A DNA stretch of 64,000 nt from Octopus vulgaris (lineage: Eukaryota), in the NCBI GenBank assembly GCA_951406725.2, contig OX597833.1, positions 3,162,001 to 3,226,000 on the forward strand, written 5' to 3'. The position numbers were made by a program, and so were the translations under genes. Shown piece after piece: positions 13,220 to 25,621 of the stretch. The notes under the pieces were generated by a model. That model saw only the letters and a list, made by a program, of their open reading frames with translations, was not told the origin of the DNA and did no database searches. Numbering within the stretch: the stretch's first letter is position 1; each line of letters opens with the position of its first letter.

Positions 13220-13630
13220 AGCAAGGTTTGTTGGGGAGAAGGGGTCAGTCAATTAAATCAACCCCGATAACTGACAGGTAATTTTATCGACCACAAAATG
13301 ATAAAAGTCAAAGTTAACCTCAGCAGAATTTGAACTCAGAGTATGAATCAGAACAATACCACAGAGCTTTTTGCCCGATTCCCTAACAATTCTGTCGGTT
13401 CACCACCATAATAATAATCATTTCTACTGGAAACACAAGGCCTCAAATTTGGGGGAAGGGATTAAGTTGATTACATCGATTCTGTTGCGTAACTGGTACT
13501 TATTTAATCAGCCCCAAAAGGATGAAAGGCAAAGCAGACCTCAACGAAATTTGAACTCAGAACGTAGTGACAGACAAAATACCGCTAAGCATTTCACCCA
13601 GTGTGCTAACGATTCTGCCAGCTCACAGCC
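13220..13630 (-). mobile_element. Two diverged SINE family B copies
   Basis: Repeated GGATGAAAGGCAAAG...AATTTGAACTCAGA motifs. Confidence 0.75.
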
Positions 13631-13676
13631 TTCACCACCATAATAATGATAATGATGATAATAATAATTATAATAA

Positions 13677-14047
13677 TAAGAGGACTCAGAAAGCACAAAC
13701 CTCCGCCAAGGCAACACCAACGTCCTCTCAACAATTAGCCAGAGATGGTTTTTAAAATGAGAATATCTGAAATTAATTCGACTGCTCTCACAAATATGAA
13801 TACTAAAAATGAACCAGACCACTCTCAAAAATTAAGTAAGAAAAAACTGGAAAAATAATCCAGAATCCTTGTCCAGTACCAGATCAATGCCAAAATCTAA
13901 TCAATTCATGCCAGTCATGAGGCTAAGCATCCCTGAAAGTTTCATCTGAATCCATCCAACGGTTCTTGAGATATCTTGTCCATGGACAAACTAGTAAACA
14001 AATGTGACTGAAAACAATACCTCTGCCTTTGCTAAGGCAGAGGTAAT
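13677..14047. mobile_element. Helentron-associated non-autonomous element (HINE/DINE-1-like)
   Basis: Subterminal ACCTCCGCCAAGG (13699-13711), terminal palindrome TACCTCTGCCTT-TGCT-AAGGCAGAGGTA (14018-14045), and an AAGTTTCATCTGAATCCATCCAACGGTTCTTGAGATATC motif. Confidence 0.65.
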
Positions 14048-14680
14048 AATCCTTTCTATTATAGACACAAGGCCTGAAATGTTGGGGAGAGGGAGCAAGT
14101 CGATTACTGCACAATCGATCCTCTTTGCTAAAGGGCACTAGTTACTAATTTATGAAAATGTAGAGTGACTCAAGGTGCACACCCACTTGCTAATAGAGTT
14201 TAGCCCCGAGTCAGCAACTTTAACTGAAGAGAGCTATGATCAAAAGACAGCTTGGCCATGACCATCACATCTTTATCTATTCCAAGATTACACTGTCCAA
14301 TGTGTCATGGCTTTGTTTAAAATGGTCAGGTTGTGAATTTGAGTAGTGTTTAGCTGCTGTTTCTACCAGTGGGTCTGGCAGTTGTGTAGGGTTTTTGGGT
14401 GGTGATGTTACTGAGCAAACAAGGGACACCAGAAGAGATGGGGTGCTGGAGGAAAAAAAAAAAGGACTTTCCGTTGGTTTTGTTATAGCAAATTAACACA
14501 TCATATTAGAACACGCCCAATGTAATACAACCATACAATAATTGAACTATTACATCACCACCACAAATCTGACCTTCAATTAAGTTGCAATAAGTAAAAA
14601 TCAAGGGAGACAATACAGTGGCAAGCTGTTACCCCCAACAGGATAATTTGAGTAAAAAAAAAGTGAAATTTGGCAACTAA

Positions 14681-15260
14681 TGCGTAGGAGTGGCTGTGTG
14701 GTAAGTAGCTTGCTTATGAACCACATTGTTTCGGGTTCCGTCCCACTGCGTGGCACCCTGGGCAAGTGTCTTCTACTAAAGCCTCGGACCGACCAAAGCC
14801 TTGTGAGTGGATATGATAGACGGAAACTGAAAGAAGCCCGTTGTGTATGTATATATATATATATATATCATCATCATCATCATCATCATTTAACGTCCGC
14901 TTTCCATGCTAGCATGGGTTGGACGGTTCAACTGGGGTCTGGGGAGCCCGAAGGCTGCACCAGGCCAGTCAGATCTGGCAGTGTTTCTACAGCTGGATGC
15001 CCTTCCTAACGCCAACCACTCCGAATATATATATATATATGTATGTGTGTATATGTTTGTGTGTCTGTGTTTGTCCACCCAACATCGCTTGACAACCGAT
15101 GCTGGTGTGTTTACGTCCCCGTAATTTAGCGGTTCGGCAAAAGAGCCCGATAGAATAAGTACTAGGCTTACAAAGAATAAGTCCCGGGGTCGATTTGCTC
15201 GACTAAAGGCGGTGCTCCAGCATGGCCACAGTCAAATGACTGAAACAAGTAAAAGAGAGT
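14681..15260 (+). mobile_element. SINE family A containing a nested family C copy
   Basis: Head at 14681-14845 and tail at 15060-15260. Confidence 0.85.
14868..15023 (-). mobile_element. Family C 3' fragment nested in the central microsatellite of a family A SINE
   Basis: (CAT)n tail followed by the reverse complement of the family C module; near-identical to 43505-43658. Confidence 0.85.
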
Positions 15261-15505
15261 AATGACTATATAATTTCGTTAAGTAGAGAAAGAAAGAAAT
15301 CACATTCCTGAAGTCTTGTTTATTCATTACAAGAAAATTCCAGCCAAGATAAAAGAAAAAAAAATATGCTTCTGATTACAATAAGATAATTATTGAAAGA
15401 AATTTAGTTTTAACTGCGACATGGAAAAACAGCTGTGAAATGATGTGATTAGAATAAATAGATTGCAGTGACTAAAAATAGAAATGGCAGCCAAATCACA
15501 TTCAC

Positions 15506-15581
15506 CTGTTTCAGATCTCTCAAAGAATCTAAGAGCTTGTGGCATAAACAAACACACTTCTTGCTGGCAAGAACAAAGCTT
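15506..15581 (-). CDS. Candidate 76-nt exon of the same minus-strand gene
   Basis: Strong acceptor tttctctgtccgttttag| and donor ACAG|gtgaat. Open as KLCSCQQEVCLFMPQALRFFERSET (ATG at 15545), ending in phase 1. Confidence 0.4.
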
Positions 15582-15951
15582 CTAAAACGGACAGAGAAAT
15601 TCGAACGATTGTTTTGGTACAATGGTAGAACATCTGTCATGGTTACAAGACAATGTGAGTTGATGGCTCATAGGCGGCCTTCATCTTTGTCCATCCAAAG
15701 GTTTTTAATTTGCTTTTAACCCAATATTCTACTTGCTATACAGCTCCAGTCCATTCAGCTGTTAAATGGGGAACCCTGTAACAGAATAGCCTTCTGGTCA
15801 GGACTGGTGAGCATGCTTACCCAGTGGGGTAGCACTGTTCAAAAGCTAAAATGATGCAAAGGGCATTGTGACCAGCGATGTATAACCACATCCAACAGTC
15901 TGGTCAATTACATGACATCATCATCATTTAATGTCTGTTTTCCATGCTGAC

Positions 15952-15984
<33 letters not shown>

Positions 15985-15986
15985 TT

Positions 15987-16245
15987 GGCTTCTGTGCCGG
16001 TGGCACATAAAAAGCACCATCCGAACGTGATCGATGCCAGGCCCGCCTGACAGGCTCCTGTACCTGTGGCACATAAAAGGCACCCACTACACTCTCAGAG
16101 TGGTTGGCGTTAGGAAGGGCATCCAGCTGTAGAAACATTGCCAGATCAGATTGGAGCCTGTTACAGCCGCCAGCTCTCCAGACCCTAGTCACACCGTCCA
16201 ACCCATGCCAGCATGGAAAACGGACGTTAAACGATAATGATGATG
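15987..16245 (+). mobile_element. Family C fragment
   Basis: Two GTGGCAC..AAAAGCACC units, the GGAAGGGCATCCAGC motif, and a (GAT)n tail. Confidence 0.85.
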
Positions 16246-16280
16246 CATGTGTGTGTGTGTATAAAAACACACACACACAC

Positions 16281-16312
<32 letters not shown>

Positions 16313-16316
<4 letters not shown>

Positions 16317-16525
16317 CTTTATTGCCCACAAGGGGCTAAACATAGAAGGGACAAACAAGGACAGACAAAGAGATTAAGTCGATTACATCGACCTCAGTGT
16401 GCAACTGGTACTTAATTTATTGACCCTGAAAGGATGAAAGGCAAAGTCGACCTCGGCGGAATTTGAACTCAGAACGTAACGACAGACGAAATACGGCTGC
16501 GCATTTCGCCCGGTGTGCTAACGTT
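16313..16525 (-). mobile_element. SINE family B
   Basis: Tail, central domain and most of the head. Confidence 0.85.
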
Positions 16526-17076
16526 ATTCACAACATGTAACTGTGTGTGTGCACGATTCCAACCTAAAAAGGAGAAAGAAAATTGAAAAAAAAATCCCAC
16601 ATCAGCATATGTTTGTATGTAAAATATATAAAATTAAATTTATAAACAGTTAAGCAAGGCCTGAATGCCAAATCCAAATTTTATTTACATTTCAAACAAA
16701 ACCACACAATGCAAAGCAAAAATAACAGAACACAGATATACCATGAAGAAGAAAATGTCTTGCGAATCCTGATTATAAATGTCTAGCTTGAAAAATAAAC
16801 ACACACATGTATTATAATTGACGTGGGTGTGTGTGGGTGTATGTGTGTGTTTCCCAGACAGCACACACGCCCCCATCCAATGGAAGGAAAAGAGAAGAAA
16901 GAAAAATTGCAAACCAAACAAAATACTACACAAGAACTTCTGAGACTGAATCTGTTGTATTTGCTGAACAAATACTGGTTAAATCTCAAGGACACAAGAG
17001 GAGGAGGAACAGTTCTCTGAGAGAGAGAGTGTGTGTGTGTGTTTATGTATATATATATATATATATATATGTGTAT

Positions 17077-17128
<52 letters not shown>

Positions 17129-17932
17129 ATATATGTATATATATATATATATATGTGTATATATGTATATATATATATGTGTATATATGTATATATATGT
17201 ATATATTATATATAATGTGAATGTGTGTTAGGTGAGATTTATGAATGTGACTATATGTGTACACAATGCATGGGTGCACACACACAGACACACACACACA
17301 CAGCTGTGCATAAACATGTACATACATGCAAGTATATACACACCTACACACCAAATGTCCCTTATTTCTCCAAAAAACTGTTATGCGACCAGACTGGAGG
17401 ACTGAGAAAACAAAACTAGAACAAAAAAAAAAAGAAAAAGAAAAAATCCTTCGCCAAGCCAATTTGCAACGTATCCATCTCCCACACACTCACTTCAAGT
17501 AACGGCTTTTATGCACACACACACACACACACACGTAATTAAGCTCGCTGTACCATTTATAAAACAAACCTTAGCGCAATAGCCCAGCCAGCCAAACACA
17601 CACACACAATCATATACACAAGTGTTTATATAAATATATATATACATACATATGTGTGTGTATGTGTGTACATATAAACTAATCTAAATGTCATTACCAT
17701 CAACAAAAACGTAAACTCCTATATCAACATTATCTACTTACAACCCGGGGAGGCTATGTGGCCAGTCGATTGTCAACCCCGCTAGAAATAGCAGTGAAAC
17801 TATGTCTGTCTAAAAGATCTACTGGCCTTCACTGAAACAAGATAACCGCAGCAGGTAGAAATATATCCTATATTCACGGTGGACCACCTTAATTTGATGA
17901 AGAGGATTTGGTAGACGAGTCAACTGAATTAC

Positions 17933-18125
17933 CTGCTCCTGAATTAGCCTGTGAATGGTTGTGTATTCCACAGACCCTAAATGTCATACTGATTCTGTAT
18001 GACACACTTGGAATGCGGGATATATGCATGTCTGCCTTTTCGGGATTTATCAGTAGCAAGTATCCACAGGCAACCACATGTGAAAACAAAATCTATTGTT
18101 TGTTGGTATTTGCCACTGATGAAAG
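17933..18125 (-). CDS. Candidate exon (5' UTR and/or first coding exon) of an unidentified minus-strand gene
   Basis: Acceptor ...atattttag|CTTTC and donor GCAG|gtaatt. Unique, non-repetitive sequence. ATG at 18029, after an in-frame stop, gives MHISRIPSVSYRISMTFRVCGIHNHSQANSGA ending in phase 1. Confidence 0.35.
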
Positions 18126-18804
18126 CTAAAATATATATATATGAAATGTATATATATGTGTATATATATACTACTGTATATATTTTCTTATGTATATATA
18201 GAATGTCCATAAGAGATAAATCTATCTCCAAATGAATACCGTGATTAATTTATCTTTCTGTGATGTATTTACATAGAGTGTGGTACATAGCGATTTTAAA
18301 CTAACACTGCTTCTGCTGCACATAAATTTATATATACGTGTGTGTATGTCTGTGTGTAAATAATCTAACAACTATACACACACAACATGATCGCTGCTGT
18401 ATACACCAACCACACTGCCAATTAGAGCAATCACCACCGACCTATACACCATAATCACTCCACCTGCAACATATAACTAAACCTCTCTCACCCTCATCAC
18501 CGTTTAATCTATAACAACACTAGTAATTAGATAGAAATATCTTGGCTGCCAGTCAGTCTGTCTGTGCACCACCTAATAATGTTATTGTGACAGAGCATTT
18601 TTACAACACTCTCCTCCAATCACCAACAATATACAATCACCACAATACAACCATCTCTCTATCTACATATCTATTTATCTATCATATCTATTGATCTGTC
18701 AGTCAGTCTCACTCTCTCTACCTTTTAACCTATACCCACTTACCAATGGGGATCACATTTTAATGAAAATATAATGATAATAATAATGATGATAATAATA
18801 ATAA

Positions 18805-18943
18805 CTAGCAGTATCGCCCGGCATTGCTCGAGTTTGTTTCGACCCTTTAGAATTGGAATTTTTCAAAAGTAAAAATTTTGCATTATGTAGCTTGTTATTC
18901 TCTTTAAGTGAACATTTTTCTGGTTGAAATACACCGAAAAATG
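18805..18943 (-). mobile_element. Non-autonomous Helitron, 3' end
   Basis: Highly similar to 485-623. Confidence 0.75.
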
Positions 18944-19014
18944 TAGACGAAATACCAATAATGAGTATTTTGCCCGGCAAGCTAACGATTCTGCCAGCTC
19001 GCCACCCAAATAAT

Positions 19015-19581
19015 AATCTTTTCTACTAAAGACACAAGGTCTGACAATTTGGGGGAGGGATCTAGTCGACTACATTGACCCCAGTTTTTCACTGGTACTC
19101 AATTTGTTGACCCCTAAAGGATGAAAGGCAAAATCGACCTCGGTGGCATTTGAACTCAGAACGTAACAGCAGACGAAATACCTATTTCTTTACTACCCAT
19201 AAGGGGCTAAACTCAGAGGGGACAAACAAGGACAGACAAACAGATTAAGTTGATTATATCAACCCCAGTGCGTAACAGGTACTTAATTTATTGACCCCGA
19301 AAGGATGAAAAGGAAAGTCGACCTCGGCGGAATTTGAACTCAGAATGTAACGGCAGACGAAATACCTATTTCTTTACTACCCACAAGGGGCTAAACACAG
19401 AGGACAAACGGATTAAGTCGATTATATCGACCCCAGTACGCAACTGGTACTTAATTTATCGACCCCGAAAGGATGAAAGGCAAAGTCAACCTCAGTAGAA
19501 TTTGAACTCACAACGTAACGGCAGACGAAATACGGCTACACATTTCACCCGGTGTGCTAACGTTTCTGCCAGATCACCGCC

Positions 19582-19583
<2 letters not shown>
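19015..19583 (-). mobile_element. Trimeric SINE family B array
   Basis: Three head-to-tail units joined at GACGAAATACCTATTTCTTTACTACCC (about 19172 and 19357). Confidence 0.85.
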
Positions 19584-19617
<34 letters not shown>

Positions 19618-20746
19618 GTACAAGGCCAGCAATTTTAAGAGTGGGGATGGCTAAGTTACACTGACCCCAGCAACTCAGTCAACTGGTACTTATTTCATCG
19701 CCCCCCACTCCACCTGCTTACCTGCCAAAAGACTAAAAGGGCAGAAAACCTCAGCAGGATTTGGGCTCAGAACAAAAAGACAGACGAAATGCTTCAGAAC
19801 ATTTTGTCCCTACATACTAACAATTCTGCTTAGCTAACCATAATAATAATGATAATAATGATAATAATAATGTTGATAATAATAATGATAATGTTGATAA
19901 TAATAATTAGTAACAATAACGTTAATTGGCTGCTCTGTTTGGCCGCAAGGGTTAGGGGAAGCAGTAAATATTTATGTCAGACAATAATTATCTAGTCTGA
20001 TATGAATTTTGTGACTTCCTACAAGTGGTGGGTGGGTGAGTGGGTGGTGGTTGAGGGGAGTGCTAGGTGGCAGTAGTGGTGGTGGTGGTGGTGGTGGTGG
20101 TGGCGGTGAATGGCGGATGGCTTCAGGGGTGGGGGGGTTGGTGTGGGTGGTGACAGTGAGGTCTGTCTGATGAAGGTTTGATGCTGGTAATGACTGGAGG
20201 TTTGTGACAATGCCATGGCCAGTGATGTGAGATGGTATTGGTGACAGAAGAGTGTGGGGAGGCAGTGATACGGGGAGGAGGGGTTAGTGATGGGGGTGGG
20301 CAGTGATGTGGGATGGTGGTGGTGGTGACAGAAAAATGTGTGTGTGGTGGTGTTGAAAGACAATAAGTTTTAGACCATTGGGTACTGTATTAATATTAAA
20401 GGGTTAAGGGTGGGGGGGAGCAGGGGGAGGAAATATAGCTGCTGGGGAAAAAGTCAAGGGGGGGGGGCAATTAGAGAGAGAGAGAAAGTAGGTTGGCAGC
20501 TGTAATTACTAATTGCCAGAATGTTGCCTGCACATGTCACATGACCTGGCTCTTAATGAACTGGGAGTATCATCAAGTGTGTAATTAGTGTGTATGTGTG
20601 TGGGTGGATGGGTAGGTGGGGGCTGAGTGCATAGTAAATACACACACACACACACACACAAAAAAAAAAAACACACATATTTAATCTAAGTCATATCTCG
20701 AGTGTCATTCAGTGAAATCCTCTCTCTTTCACAAATACACATGGAG

Positions 20747-20821
<75 letters not shown>

Positions 20822-20938
20822 CATATATATACATATATACATATACATATATCTATACACATATATACATATATACATATACATATATCTATACACATAT
20901 ATACATATATATATACATATACATATATCTATACACAC

Positions 20939-20971
<33 letters not shown>

Positions 20972-21517
20972 TATATATATATACACATATATATATATAT
21001 ATACACACACACAAACTGTCTAGACACACACACACATACATACATACATACATACATCAACCTACACATATACTTACACAGACATACCTGCCAACATGTA
21101 CACCTGCTCAAACACACACATACACCACATAATCAAACTAAGGCACACACATACACACACACACACACACAACCTGGACCCTCCTCCACTTCACTCCAAC
21201 AAGATAAGCTGGAGTGGGTGTGTGGGTGATGAGGAGAAGGAGGAGGAGGAAACAATAATACTATCTTAAGGAAGATAACACAACGAGAAAACATTAAACA
21301 AGTATAATTAATTTCTTATCTGCACTAATTAACAATGAAAGAAATAAAATGTAAATAAACTAAGAATTAAAACAAAGCTTACACCATCTTGTTTATCTGG
21401 TCTGAAAAGGCCACCATCTCAATCACTATTGCCATAGCTACCATCATCACCATCACCACTGCTTTCATCATCAACCCCATCATTGCTGTCACCATTACCG
21501 CCATACCACTGCCATCA

Positions 21518-22440
21518 AAGGTGGTGAGCTGGTAGAATTGTTAGCATGCTGGGCGAAATGCTTAGCAGTAATTCACCTGTCGCAATGTTCCGAGTTCAAA
21601 TTCCGCCAAGGTCAACTTTGCCTTTCATCCTTTCAGGGTTGATTAAATAAGTACCAGTTACGCACTGGGGTCGATGCAATCGACTTAATCCGTTTGTCCC
21701 CTCTGTGTGTAGCCCCTTGTGGGTAGGTAGTAAAGAAATATGTATTTCATCTGTCGCAATGTCCTGAGTTCAAATTCCACCGAGGTTAACTTTGCCTTTC
21801 ATCCTTTCGGGGGTCAATAAATTAAGTACCAGTGAAACACTGGGGTTGATGTAATTGATTATCCCCTCCCACCAAAACTTCAGGCCTTGTGCCTACAGCA
21901 GAAAGGATTATTATTATTATTATTATCATAGGGGGCAAGCTGGCAGAATCGTTAGCACGCGGTATTTCGTCCATCTTTACATTCTGAGTTCAAATTCCAC
22001 CGAGGTCGACTGTGCCTTTCATCCTTTCGGGGTCGATAAATTAAATACCAGTGAAACACTGAGGTCGATGAAATCGACTAGCCCCCTCCCAAAGTTTGGG
22101 GTCGATAAATTATGTACCAGTTGCGTACTGGAGTTGATCTAACCAACTGGCACCTCCTCCCCCAAAATTCTGGGCCTTGTGCCTAGAGTAGAAAAGATTA
22201 TTATTATTATTATTTAAGGCAGTGAGTTGGCAGAATCGTTAGCAGACGGGACAAAATGCTTAGAAGCATTTCCCCTGTCTTCACATTCTGATTTCAAATT
22301 CTGCCGAGGACAACTTTGCCTTTCATCTTTACAGGGTCACTGAATTAAGTACCAGTCAAGTACTGAGGAAGAGGGAGTCGATGTAATCAACTAGCCCCCA
22401 CCCAAATTTCCAGGCCTTGTGCCTATAGTAGAAAGAATTA
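21518..22440 (+). mobile_element. Cluster of family B SINEs (one dimer plus two monomers) separated by (ATT)n tails
   Basis: Repeated GAGCTGGCAGAATCGTTAGCA heads and GAGTTCAAATTCC B boxes. Confidence 0.85.
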
Positions 22441-22714
22441 TTATAATTATTACTATCATCATCAAGGGTAGTGAAACCATGCTGGGGTGAATTTTGCCTT
22501 TCATATGTTTCAGTTAAAGAAAATGAAAGGACTACTTGAGTACTGGGGGCTGATTGAATCAACTAACCCCCCACCACAGGCGCTGAAAGAGATGCAAATG
22601 AAATAGTATTTTGATACTTGTTTATACCTGCCTCCTTCACATTCTGATATAAAATCCTCTTGGTGGCTGGCAATATTATTTTTATTATTATTATTATTAT
22701 TATTTCATTATTAT

Positions 22715-23113
22715 ACTCTTTTATTTGTTTCAGTCATTTGACTGCGGCCATGCTGGAGCACCGCCTTCAGTCGAGCAAATCGACCCCGGGACTTATTCTT
22801 TGTAAGCCCCAGTACTTATTCTATCGATCTCTTTTGCCGAACCGCTAAGTGACGGGGACATAAACACACCAGCATCGGTTGTCAAGCAATGCTAGGGGGA
22901 CAAACACAGACACACAAACATAAACACACACACATATATATATACATATATACGACAGGCTTCTTTCAGTTTCCATCTACCAAATCCACTCACAAGGCAT
23001 TGGTCGGCCTGGGGCTATAGTAGAAGACACTTGCCCAAGATGCCACGCAGTGGGACTGAACCTGGAACTATGTGGTTGGTAAACAAGCTACTTACCACAC
23101 AGCCACTCCTGCG
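22715..23113 (-). mobile_element. SINE family A, full length
   Basis: Reverse complement of the family A consensus. Confidence 0.85.
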
Positions 23114-23620
23114 TTATGTTATTATTATTACAACCACTACATGCCATATTATTTAGTAGACGTATTTTGCAGTTTAGTGACAAGTCTCCTTAAAATCTCA
23201 AGAATCTTCATTAGGATTCCTGCAGAGAACAGAATTGCACTTTTCTGCAGATTATTATTATTATTATTATTATTCATTATTTTTGTTGCTGTTGTGCTAA
23301 GGGGCTAACAAAAGAAATGGTAGAATGTCATGCAATATTAGGCTTTGTTCCCAAACAATTTTGTGTTTGGTTTTGATTCTTCTGAGATGTTAAACGGTAA
23401 GTACCAGCAATACACTGGGGGAGAGGGTTTTTGTTTTCTAGGCAAAGGAGACCTTTATTGTCTATACTTATCAATCATATATATGCTCTTCTCAGATGTG
23501 TTTCAAACAATACACACACACACACACATACCGATATATATTTATACACCTCCCACGTATACACAAATATGCTCACCCACGTGTGTACACAAATACACCC
23601 ACACAGACACCCACACACAC

Positions 23621-23653
<33 letters not shown>

Positions 23654-24177
23654 CATCTACCCACTTGCATGTTATACATAGATTATATGAATACTTACAA
23701 GTGTTTCTGTGTGTGTATATATATATATATATATACATATACACACATACACTTATATGAATACTTAAGACCATTATTACCGCCATAAGCATCTGCAATT
23801 ATTCATACTGCAGTTGCAACAGAACATCATGGAAAAAAAATGGATGAATAAAAAATATCAAATAAAAATAAACAGAAACCAATCAAAAAGTAAAAAGGAA
23901 AAATACAAAATATATATATTTCGCAGATTTTCTTTTTCCCTTCATATCTTTTCTTCCAAAGAAATTGACGAAATTTTTAAAGTTCAATAATAAAAAAAAA
24001 AAAAAGAGAGAGAGAAAATCTAAAATCTAACGTAAAATTGATAAAATAGCAACAAGTTATATAGATTGATTTGATCCTCGTGGAAATATCTGTGTGGGTG
24101 TATAACATTTTTCTGAGTAGTTGCATTGAATCGTTTAAGATGTTGAATCTAGAAGCATCTCTTCTCTTCTTCCTCAG

Positions 24178-24294
24178 AGAAATCGAGATATCAATGAAAT
24201 CCAAGATGGCTGGCTGCTTTCTGGTGAAAAACAATATCAGAGGAGGAGATCAATGGAGAGGAAGCAGCGTGTGAAGAAGAAGACAGCCAGCCAA
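24178..24294 (+). CDS. Possible 117-nt exon on the plus strand
   Basis: Acceptor cttctcttcttcctcag| and donor CAA|gtacgt. Open in phase 0 as RNRDINEIQDGWLLSGEKQYQRRRSMERKQRVKKKTASQ; no family recognised. Confidence 0.2.
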
Positions 24295-24523
24295 GTACGT
24301 TAGTAGTTCATCAGATGATGATGATAAGGGAAGACTTGGAGAAGCAGCTTACTAAATATATAAAGACAAAAACAAAGTTGGCTATGAGTAGAAGGTGGGA
24401 AGAATGATAAATGTATAAAAACTAGTCAGGTAGCTTCCATGTTTGTTGTCTCCATGAAAAAAATCATTAATTATATTATACACACACAAATATGCACACA
24501 TTTCTATACCTATACATACACAC

Positions 24524-24556
<33 letters not shown>

Positions 24557-24714
24557 AAAGCATACTGGGAGAAAGGAAGGAAACGAAACGAAACGACGTG
24601 AGGGTGCTCAGTCATACAATAATGTAATAAATAAAATATATGCATACATACATACATATATGTACGTACCTACATCTACATGTATATATATATGCATATA
24701 TAAATATATATATG

Positions 24715-24965
24715 TGAGTACAGGACACCACAAATAGACGTGGAACTCAACGAGAAACGAAAACATAAAAACAAGGGAACGGACTTTTTTTAACAACGAA
24801 AAAACGGAACACAGGACAAACAACACAAGGAACATTCCCCTTCATCAGCTGTCCCCGGTTCGACTCCATGTGTGTTTCGAAGGTAAGGACAGGACACGCT
24901 CGTCGGACCAGTCCTTCCTGCGAGGGAATTAAACAAAATTCCCTTGCAGAGGGGTAAAAATAAGG

Positions 24966-24968
<3 letters not shown>
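24715..24968 (-). mobile_element. Short non-autonomous ribozyme-bearing element in (TA)n (possible Penelope-like pLTR or retrozyme-like unit)
   Basis: CpG-containing unique block bounded by TA-rich microsatellite. Contains a 13-bp hairpin (24918-24949), the permuted hammerhead, and a U/G-rich 3' part. Confidence 0.55.
24837..24909 (-). ncRNA. Hammerhead ribozyme-like motif, non-circularly permuted (pseudoknotted) topology, copy A
   Basis: Minus-strand RNA: GGUCCGAC-GA-GCGUGU-C-CUGUCC-UUA-CCU-UC-GAA-ACACAC-AUGGA-GUCGAACC-GG-GGACAG-CUGAUGA-AGG. It has the core CUGAUGA, GAAA and a GUC cleavage triplet. Stem I CUGUCC/GGACAG; stem III GCGUGU/ACACAC (5/6) with extension GGUCCGAC/GUCGAACC (7/8); stem II CCU/AGG. 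Confidence 0.75.
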
Positions 24969-24998
<30 letters not shown>

Positions 24999-25019
24999 AA
25001 CATGTGTATATATTCACAG

Positions 25020-25052
<33 letters not shown>

Positions 25053-25087
25053 CACATATGTGTATATATACACACACACACACACAC

Positions 25088-25565
25088 ACAAGTGTCTTCT
25101 GCTATAACCTTAGGACAACCAAAGCCTTGTGAGTGAATTTGGTTGCCGGAAACTGAAAGAAACCCGTCATATATATGTATATATAATGTGTGTGTGTGTG
25201 TTTGTCCCCCCCCCCATCGCATGACAACCGATGCTGGTGTGTTTATGTCCCCGTCAGTAGTTTGGCAAAGAGCCTGATAAAATAAGTACTAGCTTTAAAA
25301 AGAACAAGTCCTGGGGTCAATTAGTTTAACTAAAGGCAGTGCTCCAGCATGGTGGCAGTCAAATGACTGAAACAAGAATAAAAGAGAATAAACACACTTG
25401 TATATGCAGGCATGGCTGTGTGGTAAGAAGCTTGCTTCCTATGTTCATAGGCCCAGGTTCAGTCCCACTGCATGGCACCTTAGGCAAATATCTTTTACTA
25501 TAGCCTCAGGCCGAACAGAGCCTCGTGAGTGGATTTGCTAATTGAAAAGAAAATGAAAGAAGCTC

Positions 25566-25570
<5 letters not shown>
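25088..25570 (+). mobile_element. Two adjacent partial SINE family A copies
   Basis: Core plus tail at 25088-25390, then head plus core at 25405-25570. Confidence 0.75.

Positions 25571-25621
<51 letters not shown>

Noticed and set aside
15514-15655. Plus-strand exon reading of the 15.5 kb island (ag|ATCTCTC...CAAT|gtgagt)
   Set aside because: The minus-strand reading has a stronger acceptor and donor and is phase-compatible with the other candidates. The plus-strand reading cannot be fully excluded.
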